DNA of 64,000 bases from Deferribacteres bacterium. Lineage in GTDB: Bacteria > Zhuqueibacterota > Zhuqueibacteria > Zhuqueibacterales > Geothermadaptataceae. The notes beneath the pieces are model-generated. The model made no database searches. It saw nothing but the letters and a program-made list of their open reading frames with translations, and was not told the DNA's origin. Below are positions 50,654-59,079 of the stretch, one piece after another. Location: NCBI GenBank assembly GCA_020633655.1, contig JACKDF010000003.1:405989-469988 (forward strand), read 5' to 3'. The position numbers and the translations under genes are program-made. Numbering within the stretch: position 1 is the stretch's first letter; each line of letters begins with the position of its first letter.

Positions 50654-52039
50654 ATGATCGGTATAAAGACTTTTTCTCCAGAAATACTTAAAGATAAATT
50701 AAAGCATTTTTGGGTACTCTCAGGCGAAAAGATTATTTCAATTGAGGACAATTACGATAGCACATCAGGCGCTCCCGTATTTACCCGGGAAGGGAAATAT
50801 TGCAACAGAGGCTGGACCGAATGGACGCAAGGATTTCAACATGGCTCTGCAATTTTGCAATTTGATGCCACAGGCGAGGAGCGATTCCTTGAAATAGGTC
50901 GAAAAAATACAATTGACCGCATGGCGCCACATCTTGTGCATACAGGCGTTCATGATCACGGGTTCAACAATATCAGTACATATGGGAATTTACTGCGACT
51001 GTCCGGGGAAGGGCGAATCGAATCGGATTCCTGGCAGCGGGAATTCTACAAACTTGCCCTCAAAGTTTCCAGCGCTGTCCAGGCAGCCCGCTGGACAGCC
51101 GTGAAAAATGGAGGCTATATCTATTCCTTCAATGGCCCTCATTCCTTGTTCATTGATACGATCCGTTCCTGCCGCGTTCTCGGTATCGGGCATAAACTCG
51201 GGCACTATCTGCCCGGGGAGAATGATGCTCGTATTAATTTGCTGGAACGAATGCTGATCCACATTGCAACCAGCGCGAAGTACTCGATTTTTTACGGAGA
51301 AGGAAGAGATGCTTATGATGCGTCCGGAAGAACAGCCCACGAAGCCATCTTCAATGTGAACGACGGCAATTTTCGCTGTCCAAATTCGCAGCAAGGCTAT
51401 TCGGGCTTTACCACCTGGACGCGTGGATTGGCGTGGGCGATGCTGGGTTTTGCCGAGCAGTTGGAATTTCTTGCCACACTTGAAGATGAGGAGCTATCAC
51501 CGTTTGGTGGCAAATCATCTTTAGAAGCCATGATGCGAAAAGCCGCCGAGGCGACATCGAATTTCTACATAGAAAACACACCAACCGATGGCATCCCCTA
51601 TTGGGATACCGGTGCGCCAAATCTAAATAAATTGGGCAATTATCTCGACCGGAAATCCGATCCTTTTAACTCGTGGGAGCCTGTGGATAGTTCTGCTGCT
51701 GCCATTGCTTCGCAGGGTCTTCTTCGTCTAGGCAGGTACTTAAAATCGAGAGGTATGGATGAAACTGGACATCGTTTTTGGCAAGCGGGGCTTACGGTGG
51801 TTGACGCTTTGTTAAGTCCACCCTATTTAAGCACAGATTCCACGCATCAGGGTTTGCTCCTTCACGCTATTTATCACCGACCAAATGGTTGGGATTATGT
51901 TCCACAAGGAAGTAAAGTTCCAAATGGTGAAGCCTGCATGTGGGGAGACTATCACGCACGCGAAGTTGCACTGTACCTCCAGCGCCTTTTGAATAATGAA
52001 CTATATTATACCTTTTTTTCCGGAGTCGACAATGAATAG
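50654..52039 (+). CDS. Cytoplasmic (alpha/alpha)6 six-hairpin glycosidase-like protein (GH88 / unsaturated glucuronyl hydrolase-like)
   Basis: WTEWTQGF, HDHGFNN, GFTTWTRGLAWAMLGF, GIPYWD, DSSAAAIASQGLLRL and MWGDYHAREVALYL follow the GH88/GH105 pattern. No signal peptide. The family call needs an HMM check. Confidence 0.5.
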   Translation: MIGIKTFSPEILKDKLKHFWVLSGEKIISIEDNYDSTSGAPVFTREGKYCNRGWTEWTQGFQHGSAILQFDATGEERFLEIGRKNTIDRMAPHLVHTGVHDHGFNNISTYGNLLRLSGEGRIESDSWQREFYKLALKVSSAVQAARWTAVKNGGYIYSFNGPHSLFIDTIRSCRVLGIGHKLGHYLPGENDARINLLERMLIHIATSAKYSIFYGEGRDAYDASGRTAHEAIFNVNDGNFRCPNSQQGYSGFTTWTRGLAWAMLGFAEQLEFLATLEDEELSPFGGKSSLEAMMRKAAEATSNFYIENTPTDGIPYWDTGAPNLNKLGNYLDRKSDPFNSWEPVDSSAAAIASQGLLRLGRYLKSRGMDETGHRFWQAGLTVVDALLSPPYLSTDSTHQGLLLHAIYHRPNGWDYVPQGSKVPNGEACMWGDYHAREVALYLQRLLNNELYYTFFSGVDNE

Positions 52040-52802
52040 CGTTGCCCTGATTACCGGAGGATCGCGGGGAATTGGCCTTGGTATCGCCAAACATCTGGCC
52101 AGGAGTTGTTTCGATTTAGCGATAAATGGCATTCGCCCTGCTGAACAAGTCCGGGATGTTCTGGACGAATTGCGAGACCTTGGTGTGGATGTGATTTATT
52201 GCCAGGGAGATGTGAGTAATCCAGCGCATCGAACATTGCTTCTCAACCAGGTCCGGGAACATTTTGGCAGGCTTAATGTACTTGTCAATAACGCAGGAAT
52301 GGCGCCCCGAAGCAGAAAAGATATTCTTGAAACCACGGAAGAAAGTTTTGAGGAAGTGATACGGGTTAACCTGCAAGGACCGTATTTTCTCACACAAAAT
52401 GTGGCGAACTGGATGATTGCACAGAAAGAAGCTGAGCCATTGTTCAAAGCCTGTATTATAAATATAACTTCCATCTCTGCAAGCGTGGCCTCAGTGAATC
52501 GAGGTGAGTATTGTATTTCCAAGGCCGGCTTGAGCATGATGACCAAACTGTTTGCTGTCAGATTAGGTGATTATGACATTCCCGTTCTCGAAATCCAGCC
52601 TGGAATTATCAAAACAGACATGACTGCGTCCGTTGAGGACAAATACAACAAGCTTATTGAGGATGGCTTAAGCTTGCAAAAACGTTGGGGAACCCCGGAT
52701 GATGTGGGTCGTGCAGTCACTGCTATTGCTTCCGGCAATTTCCCTTTTTCAACCGGTCAAACATTTGTTGTGGATGGAGGTTTGACTATCCCTCGATTGT
52801 AG
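52032..52802 (+). CDS. Classical SDR family oxidoreductase
   Basis: ALITGGSRGIGLGIA, NNAG, YCISKAG. The ATG at 52032 overlaps the upstream stop by 8 nt. Confidence 0.9.
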   Translation: MNSVALITGGSRGIGLGIAKHLARSCFDLAINGIRPAEQVRDVLDELRDLGVDVIYCQGDVSNPAHRTLLLNQVREHFGRLNVLVNNAGMAPRSRKDILETTEESFEEVIRVNLQGPYFLTQNVANWMIAQKEAEPLFKACIINITSISASVASVNRGEYCISKAGLSMMTKLFAVRLGDYDIPVLEIQPGIIKTDMTASVEDKYNKLIEDGLSLQKRWGTPDDVGRAVTAIASGNFPFSTGQTFVVDGGLTIPRL

Positions 52803-52812
52803 CTGATATGCT

Positions 52813-54285
52813 TCAGACAACATCCTGAATCTTCATCTCAGCATGCTGCAAAAAATGGAGTATCGCGCTTTTGAGTTCCCTGCGATTTACCGGTTTCGCC
52901 ACAAAGTCGTTCATACCTGCAGCAAGACATTTTTCCCGGTCACCTTTCATTGCATTTGCGGTCATTGCAATGATGTGTATCTCTTTATTGAATTCATGTG
53001 CATCACCGTTACGAATTGCTTTTGTTGCTTCATAGCCATCCATTTCCGGCATTTGTACATCCATTAGTACGATGTGGTATTCCCCTATTTTGAGCATATC
53101 CACAGCAACACGTCCATTCTCCGCAATATCAGCAGTGTAGCCCATTTTTTCCAATGTCTGTGTAGCAACTTTTTGGTTCACGATATTATCTTCAGCTATC
53201 AGGATGCGAACCGCAGTTTTGTCAATTTCAACTTCTTCATGCTGGTCGGCATCTTTTAGCTGTGCGGTTCTTTCACCAATCCCCAATTCGACAATCGCCC
53301 AGAAAGTGGAACCTTTACCGACCATGCTTTCCACACCCACTTCGCCGTTCATCAATTCGCTGAGTTTTTTAGCGATTGTCAAACCAAGTCCTGTACCACC
53401 AAATTTTCTGGTCGTGGAAGCATCAACCTGTGAAAACGAATGGAACAGTACACCGAGCTTTTCTGTCGGAATACCTATGCCGTTGTCATGTACAGCGAGA
53501 CGCAAGCGAATTTTCTTCGCTTGTTTCTTTTCAACTGTCGCGTGAATAACTACTGGTTTTCTGTTGGAAAACTTCAGTGCATTGTTGGTATAATTAATGA
53601 TAATCTGGCGGAGCCGTACCGGATCGCCGACGAGATATTGCGGTACATCCTCTGCAATTTGGCAACTTAAACTACTGCCTTTTTCTTTCGCAAGGACACC
53701 AAGCATTTTACCAATTTGCTCCATCATATCCCGGAAATCAAAATTGACAGCTTCTAAATTCAATTTTCCTGCTTCAATTTTAGAGAAATCAAGGATATCG
53801 TTTATGATAGTTAATAGGGAGGCACCGGAAGCTTTTATGGTATCAGCAACTTCCTTTTGTTCTGCGCTAAGTTCCATGTCGAGCAGGATATCTGTCATAC
53901 CCATGATGCCATTCATGGGTGTGCGGATTTCGTGGCTCATATTCGCCAGAAATTCGCTTTTCGAACGTGTAGCATCCTCGGCTACTTCCCTGGCAGCGAT
54001 CAATTCCTTTTTCGCGTGCTGATGTTGGCTAATCTCCTCTGTTAGCGATTTTCTTATTTCACGCAACTGTCTGATTGCCAGGGTAAAGAAGGCAATTACC
54101 AGAGAACCATCCAACAAAGGAGTAATAAAACCCAGGAAAAAATAAAAACCGCTGATTTCTCTTTTCCAGATATAAACCGTTGTTAAACCAATAAGTTCGG
54201 AAAAAAGGATGGCTAAAATCAAGCCTACCCAGAATAGCACATGAAGGGACGTTTTTTCAAATTTGTTAATCAGATTTTTAAGCAT
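52813..54285 (-). CDS. Hybrid sensor histidine kinase / response regulator
   Basis: Two N-terminal TM helices, H-box SHEIRTPMNGIMG, GGTGLGLTIAKKL, and a C-terminal REC (RILIAEDNIVNQ...DVQMPEMDG). Confidence 0.9.
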   Translation of the reverse strand: MLKNLINKFEKTSLHVLFWVGLILAILFSELIGLTTVYIWKREISGFYFFLGFITPLLDGSLVIAFFTLAIRQLREIRKSLTEEISQHQHAKKELIAAREVAEDATRSKSEFLANMSHEIRTPMNGIMGMTDILLDMELSAEQKEVADTIKASGASLLTIINDILDFSKIEAGKLNLEAVNFDFRDMMEQIGKMLGVLAKEKGSSLSCQIAEDVPQYLVGDPVRLRQIIINYTNNALKFSNRKPVVIHATVEKKQAKKIRLRLAVHDNGIGIPTEKLGVLFHSFSQVDASTTRKFGGTGLGLTIAKKLSELMNGEVGVESMVGKGSTFWAIVELGIGERTAQLKDADQHEEVEIDKTAVRILIAEDNIVNQKVATQTLEKMGYTADIAENGRVAVDMLKIGEYHIVLMDVQMPEMDGYEATKAIRNGDAHEFNKEIHIIAMTANAMKGDREKCLAAGMNDFVAKPVNRRELKSAILHFLQHAEMKIQDVV

Positions 54286-54960
54286 GTGCTCAAAGCGCTG
54301 TGAGGTAAAGTTGAATTATGTTATTGCTAACCGAGTAGAGCACATCGCTAAGTAATTTGAAAATTCTGTGATTGAGTGCCCTTTCCAGTTCATCACGATT
54401 GAGGAATTCGGTGTTATAATAATTCAGCACGGAGGCATGTGCCCCCTCAACGCTTCAATGCAATCGCTATCATATCGAAAAATATACCAGGACTATGTAC
54501 TTGTAAATTCTCCAGAAAACAGGAATTCCGGAATTCAAGAGTAGCTAAATTCAAAGCTTACTTACAGGATTACTAAATTCAGGAGAAAACTAAAGATGTA
54601 AACCCATACGTATTATCGGTGAAAACACGCGTCGGTTGAGTAAAATACCTTCAAAATACCAGTGGTTCGAATTGATGTTTTCAATATTAGTAAAACAATT
54701 TTAATGAACAGGAATGCAGTCACAATATGATATCACTGAATTCATGGTTCAGCATTTGCCGCATCTCATTGAAAAACTTGCTTTTGACAGTAGAAGTTGC
54801 TACAATTTTACCGTGCATAAAAAGTAAAAGTACTTCATTTTTAAATTACATGTAACAGGATTTTCATTCTCAACGATACGCTAATAGGCTTGGCTGAGAG
54901 TAATAAATTTTTAATTCTGAATATCAAAGCTGATGTGTCGTAAAAACACAAAGTTTGGAT

Positions 54961-54988
54961 TTGCAGGAAAGTATTTTTTTGTTATAAT
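54961..54988 (+). promoter_or_regulatory. Candidate sigma-70 promoter for the 55067 gene
   Basis: TTGCAG (54961-54966), 16-nt spacer, extended -10 TGtTATAAT (54980-54988), about 80 nt upstream of ATG 55067. A second TGTTATAAT occurs at 54412-54420. Confidence 0.4.
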
Positions 54989-55066
54989 TATGTACCTGCA
55001 AGGATGGTGGGATAAAAATAAGCACAAGCGCTATTTTTGAATTTCTTGCTTTAAAAGGATACAACG

Positions 55067-55411
55067 ATGCAAGACTACTTAACATCATTCCCAATGATTT
55101 TCAGTCTGTTGCTCATCATAACAACCCTGTTTATATTGCAAATATGGGCTATTATCAGGGTCAAAATGATGCTGAAACGCGTATCTGAAATCCATCAGTG
55201 GGTGCAAGCAGGAAAACTTGGTTCTTCCGCCTATCTTTCACGCTTACGCCACCCGGTTAAAACGTGCAAAAACTGTCTCTTCCGCTCCACTTTTCTCGCC
55301 CAGGAGAAAGACGTGCAATTCATTTACTACTGCAAAAAAAATGATATGGAAACATCGTTAGCCAATTCATGTCAACATTTTCAGGTTGATCCGGAAATCA
55401 TCAATTCCTAA
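55067..55411 (+). CDS. Hypothetical single-pass membrane protein with four-Cys cluster
   Basis: AAGGA 7 nt upstream of the ATG; TM FPMIFSLLLIITTLFILQIWAII; C-x2-C-x20-C-x12-C in the soluble part. No recognisable family. Confidence 0.45.
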   Translation: MQDYLTSFPMIFSLLLIITTLFILQIWAIIRVKMMLKRVSEIHQWVQAGKLGSSAYLSRLRHPVKTCKNCLFRSTFLAQEKDVQFIYYCKKNDMETSLANSCQHFQVDPEIINS

Positions 55412-55418
55412 ATCAAAG

Positions 55419-55769
55419 ATGAAAAGACAAAAACTCCTGTCCCTTGAAGAAAGTCCAAAAGTCGTTATTGCAACATTGCATGCAAAACGGCTCTACTTGC
55501 AGTACACCGATCAATTCAAAGCCGAAATGGAAGAACAACTGCGATATATTCAGGCAAATTTCATTATTGATTTCTCCGGTGTGAACATAATCAATAGTCT
55601 TGCTATCGGTGTTCTCATTGCAAGTGCGAATACCGTCAGGAATAAGCATAAAAAATTCATAATTGTTGGCCTGAATCCCTATCTACGAGAAATTTTCAAA
55701 CGAATGCGACTGGATTTGATATTGGAGATTAAAAAGGATTTACAGGAGGGAATGACTTTGTTGAAATAA
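55419..55769 (+). CDS. STAS domain protein (anti-sigma-factor-antagonist-like)
   Basis: IIDFSGVNIINSLAIGVLI...FIIVGLNPYLREIFKRMRLD follows the SpoIIAA/STAS pattern, including the conserved Ser position. ATG is 7 nt after the upstream stop. Confidence 0.7.
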   Translation: MKRQKLLSLEESPKVVIATLHAKRLYLQYTDQFKAEMEEQLRYIQANFIIDFSGVNIINSLAIGVLIASANTVRNKHKKFIIVGLNPYLREIFKRMRLDLILEIKKDLQEGMTLLK

Positions 55770-55971
55770 AAAAACCCTGCATCTGCAAAGAGTAACAAAG
55801 GACCGTTTCGGACACAATGGGCACCGCCTACTCGCTTCTTACTTCCTTCAAATTCCGAAGAATTAAGGTCTGCAATACACGGGACAGAGCTAAGCTCCCA
55901 ACTTTTAGGTGTTGGTCTTTATTCTGCTTTGCAAGATGATGCAGGGAATTTCAAAAAACACAAATTTTGTT
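55767..55971 (-). ncRNA. Candidate ~205-nt structured small RNA (class unknown)
   Basis: A near-consensus promoter lies upstream on the minus strand, and the transcript contains no AUG-initiated ORF. A 16-bp closing helix (55775-55790 with 55927-55946, one 4-nt bulge) extends through GACC/GGUC. An internal hairpin CCUU-AAUUC(UUCG)GAAUU-AAGG sits at 55845-55868 and GGGA..UCCC at 55881-55899. The 3' end is GCAGGG + U7. Confidence 0.4.
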
Positions 55972-55977
55972 ACTTCA

Positions 55978-56005
55978 AATATACCAAATTGAGAAAAAAT
56001 GTCAA
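55978..56005 (-). promoter_or_regulatory. Near-consensus sigma-70 promoter on the minus strand
   Basis: Minus strand reads TTGACA (56005-56000), 16-nt spacer ending in TGg, then TATATT (55983-55978). Confidence 0.45.
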
Positions 56006-56169
56006 GGTTTAGTTGTACAATGTTTTCTGCTAGCAAAGAGATATTTCAAATTAAAATAAAGGTTTACACCTTTTGTTAAGTTTCATTTAGAATTCATTTT
56101 GCGGCACAATAGACAAATACTGCAAAAGAATAATTTTCAGAAGCGAGACACACTGAATTATTAAAAAAC

Positions 56170-57483
56170 ATGGAGTTGATCGTGTATAAATATAAAGCCT
56201 TATCAATGGTTTTGTTCGTTTGCACGCTCCTCACGAATACTCTCCTTGCAAACGAAAACAAAGTCCTCGTTGCCACGATCGATGGAGCTATTAATCCCGT
56301 CACAACAGAATATACTCTCCGTGTTGTTCGCCATGCAGAAGAAGAAAACTATGAGGCTCTGATTCTGCAAATGGATACCCCCGGGGGGCTTTTAGAATCA
56401 ACACGACTCATCACGAAAGAATTTCTTGCGACCGATGTTCCCGTTATCGTCTTCGTCTACCCAAGCGGCTCCCGTGCTGCTTCTGCAGGGGTGTTTATAA
56501 GCTACGCCGCCCATTTCGTCGCAATGGCGCCCTCAACCAATATTGGTGCTGCACATCCCGTCACATTACAGGGTGGGGCTGATTCATCACAAACAGCAAT
56601 GATGGAAAAAATCACCAATGATGCTGTTGCACAAATCAAAGGTTTAGCGAAAAAACGCGGACGAAATATAGAGTGGGCAGAAAAAGCGGTGCGAGAAAGC
56701 GTCTCCATTACTGCAGACGAAGCCCTGGAACTCAATGTCATCAATTTCATCTCCCCAAACCTGGATAGTCTGCTTAGCCAACTGGACGGAAAAATAACGA
56801 CTATCGATGATCAGGAATATATCCTGCACACGAAAAATGCAGCAGTTGTGCATATGGAGATGACCTGGCGTGATCGTGTGCTCAGCATGATAACCAATCC
56901 CAATATTGCGTATTTTCTTCTGATGATTGCCATGTGGGGCATTTTCTTTGAGTTATCCAATCCCGGTTCAATCTTCCCCGGTGTTATCGGCGCTATTGCA
57001 CTGCTAATTTTCCTCTACAGCACCCAGACGCTTCCAGTCAATTATGCAGGTTTAGCTTTAATCGTTCTGGCAGTTGTTTTGTTTATCCTTGAAGTAAAAA
57101 TTACCAGTTTTGGACTACTGACGCTTGGAGGAATAGTCGCTATGATTTTAGGTTCACTAATGCTTTTCGAAACTCCGGACAATATTCTGGCGCCAGCCAT
57201 GAGTATTAGCCTTTCATTGGTTATTACTTTTTCCATCGTGACTGCTATCCTGTTTTTATTGGCGGTCGGCCTTGCTTTAAAAGCACGGCAACGAAAAGTC
57301 ACCACGGGTGCCGAAGGAATCCTCGGAGAAAAAGGAATTGCCCGCAGTGTTATTACAACGAGCGGCCAGGTTCAAGTTCATGGAGAAATCTGGAGTGCCT
57401 ATGCGGAGGAAGAAATTCCAGCGGGCAGTGCTATCCGTATTTTGCAGGTTGAAGGTCTGAAAGTCAAAGTTGAGAAAGTGTAA
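56170..57483 (+). CDS. NfeD family membrane-bound ClpP-class serine protease (long form)
   Basis: N-terminal ClpP-like domain ([19 protein letters not shown]), central TM bundle, C-terminal OB-fold ([25 protein letters not shown]). Lies directly upstream of the SPFH gene. Confidence 0.9.
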   Translation: MELIVYKYKALSMVLFVCTLLTNTLLANENKVLVATIDGAINPVTTEYTLRVVRHAEEENYEALILQMDTPGGLLESTRLITKEFLATDVPVIVFVYPSGSRAASAGVFISYAAHFVAMAPSTNIGAAHPVTLQGGADSSQTAMMEKITNDAVAQIKGLAKKRGRNIEWAEKAVRESVSITADEALELNVINFISPNLDSLLSQLDGKITTIDDQEYILHTKNAAVVHMEMTWRDRVLSMITNPNIAYFLLMIAMWGIFFELSNPGSIFPGVIGAIALLIFLYSTQTLPVNYAGLALIVLAVVLFILEVKITSFGLLTLGGIVAMILGSLMLFETPDNILAPAMSISLSLVITFSIVTAILFLLAVGLALKARQRKVTTGAEGILGEKGIARSVITTSGQVQVHGEIWSAYAEEEIPAGSAIRILQVEGLKVKVEKV

Positions 57484-57545
57484 AGTTGTTTAAAAATTTT
57501 CTGTTATTAAAATTTTCATCATTCAATAAGCAGGAGGAGCCGGTT

Positions 57546-58286
57546 ATGACACAATCCATTTTTGTCGTTTTTATTGTCATCTTTCTAATCGTGAGCATGC
57601 TTAAGATTTTACGTGAATACGAAAGAGCGGTTATTTTCCGTCTTGGGCGTCTCATTCAAACAAAAGGTCCCGGGCTCATCATTCTGATTCCATTTGTTGA
57701 TCGTATGGTACGGGTCAGTTTGCGTACCGTCGCTATGGATGTGCCACCACAGGATGTTATTACTAAAGATAACGTGTCCGTTAAGGTGAATGCTGTGCTC
57801 TATTTCCGTGTACTTGAACCAGGAAAAGCCATCGTCGAAGTAGAAGATTACCTTTTTGCGACTTCACAGTTAGCCCAAACCACACTGCGGTCCGTTCTCG
57901 GCCAAATTGAATTGGACAATTTGCTTTCCGATAGAGAACACATCAACGACGAACTGCAAAAAATCATCGATTCGCAAACGGATCCCTGGGGCATTAAAGT
58001 ATCCCTGGTTGAAGTGAAGCATATCGATCTGCCACAGGAAATGCAACGTGCCATGGCAAAACAAGCGGAAGCCGAGCGTGAACGCCGCGCAAAAGTAATT
58101 CACGCTGAAGGAGAATTCCAGGCATCGGAAAAATTATCACAGGCAGCAGAAATCATTGGAAAAAATCCGGCTGCAATTCAATTACGTTTCTTGCAAACAT
58201 TGACAGAAGTCGCTGCCGAGAACAACTCGACGACGATTTTCCCCGTTCCTATTGAATTGCTAAAACAGTTTTTAGATAGAAAATAA
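57546..58286 (+). CDS. SPFH/Band 7 (stomatin-like, slipin) protein
   Basis: [53 protein letters not shown]. Start at MTQSIF preceded by GGAGGAGCCGGTT. Confidence 0.95.
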   Translation: MTQSIFVVFIVIFLIVSMLKILREYERAVIFRLGRLIQTKGPGLIILIPFVDRMVRVSLRTVAMDVPPQDVITKDNVSVKVNAVLYFRVLEPGKAIVEVEDYLFATSQLAQTTLRSVLGQIELDNLLSDREHINDELQKIIDSQTDPWGIKVSLVEVKHIDLPQEMQRAMAKQAEAERERRAKVIHAEGEFQASEKLSQAAEIIGKNPAAIQLRFLQTLTEVAAENNSTTIFPVPIELLKQFLDRK

Positions 58287-58307
58287 CAGACTTCACCTTT
58301 AAAATTG

Positions 58308-58338
58308 CAGGTTGTTGCGAAGCAAACGCAACAACCTG
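58308..58338 (+). terminator. Strong hairpin downstream of the SPFH gene (terminator candidate, no U-tail)
   Basis: Perfect 12-bp stem CAGGTTGTTGCG / CGCAACAACCTG with a 7-nt loop, 22 nt after the stop. Confidence 0.4.
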
Positions 58339-58420
58339 AAGGGGAAACATTCATCTCGCGTACATTACAGCGAAAAAAAACAGGAAGAAATTCATACATC
58401 CATACCGCACAAATATTTTT

Positions 58421-58999
58421 ATGAAGAAATTGACTGTTGTTTTGATAACGGGGCATCCTGCGACAGGAAAGACGACATTAGCCCACGCTCTGGCGAAGAC
58501 ACTTAAGTTACCACTCATCTGGAAGGATCAATTCAAAGAATCCCTGTTTGACACACTTGGCGTTTCTACTCCGGATTGGTCCGATCAATTAAGCACTGCC
58601 TCCTGGAATTTGCTGTACCTGCAGGTAGAAAATTTGTTAAAAGCTAATATTTCACATATCGTTGAAGGGAATTTTAACCCGGTCCGGGCGAATGAACGTT
58701 GGCAAAGTTTAAAGATGAATTATGCATTTCAAATAATTCAGGTGCGCTGTGAAACCAAGCCGGATATATTACTCGAAAGATACCGTTGGAGAATCAAAAA
58801 TGGCATATGGCACCACGGGCATGTCGATGCAAGCAATGATAATAAATTTCTTGAGGCGATACAACAGGACATGGAATGGGTGGATGTACAGAGTATTCGT
58901 TTATCCTGCGATACATCCCCGGAAAATAAAGATTGTAATACAGAAATTGTGAAAAAAATCAGAAAGTTAACGCTGAATGAAATGGAGAACAGGGCGTAG
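58421..58999 (+). CDS. P-loop NTPase, small-molecule/nucleotide-kinase-like (AAA_33-like)
   Basis: Walker A ITGHPATGKTTLA near the N-terminus; 192 aa, the size and layout of the gluconate/chloramphenicol-phosphotransferase-like kinase fold. Confidence 0.65.
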   Translation: MKKLTVVLITGHPATGKTTLAHALAKTLKLPLIWKDQFKESLFDTLGVSTPDWSDQLSTASWNLLYLQVENLLKANISHIVEGNFNPVRANERWQSLKMNYAFQIIQVRCETKPDILLERYRWRIKNGIWHHGHVDASNDNKFLEAIQQDMEWVDVQSIRLSCDTSPENKDCNTEIVKKIRKLTLNEMENRA

Positions 59000-59079
59000 A
59001 GTGTATCATGACACTTTGATTTTAACCCAATAATTTCCCAGCAAACAGAACAGTAGATTTTTTATAAGGATAAAATTGT

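Noticed and set aside
50990-51394. 134-aa minus-strand ORF inside the GH88-like gene.
   Set aside because: It is antisense to a gene sitting in a translationally coupled operon and has no motifs.
54661-54675. GGTTCGAAT string resembling a tRNA T-loop.
   Set aside because: The flanking bases cannot form a T-stem (CAGTG versus TTGAT). No acceptor or anticodon arms can be drawn, so this is not a tRNA.
55250-55276. HPVKTCKNC in the 114-aa membrane protein as a ZAS (zinc anti-sigma, H-x3-C-x2-C) motif.
   Set aside because: The spacing is H-x4-C-x2-C rather than H-x3-C-x2-C, and no sigma factor gene is nearby. I kept it only as a four-Cys cluster.
55767-55971. Assigning the candidate sRNA to 6S, SRP/4.5S, tmRNA or RNase P RNA.
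   Set aside because: The RNA has a ~25-nt unpaired 5' leader and a branched interior rather than the 6S rod with a central bubble. It also lacks the SRP domain-IV GGAA/AGCA motif context, the tmRNA tRNA-like ends and tag ORF, and the RNase P GAGGAAAGUCC box. The class is left unknown.
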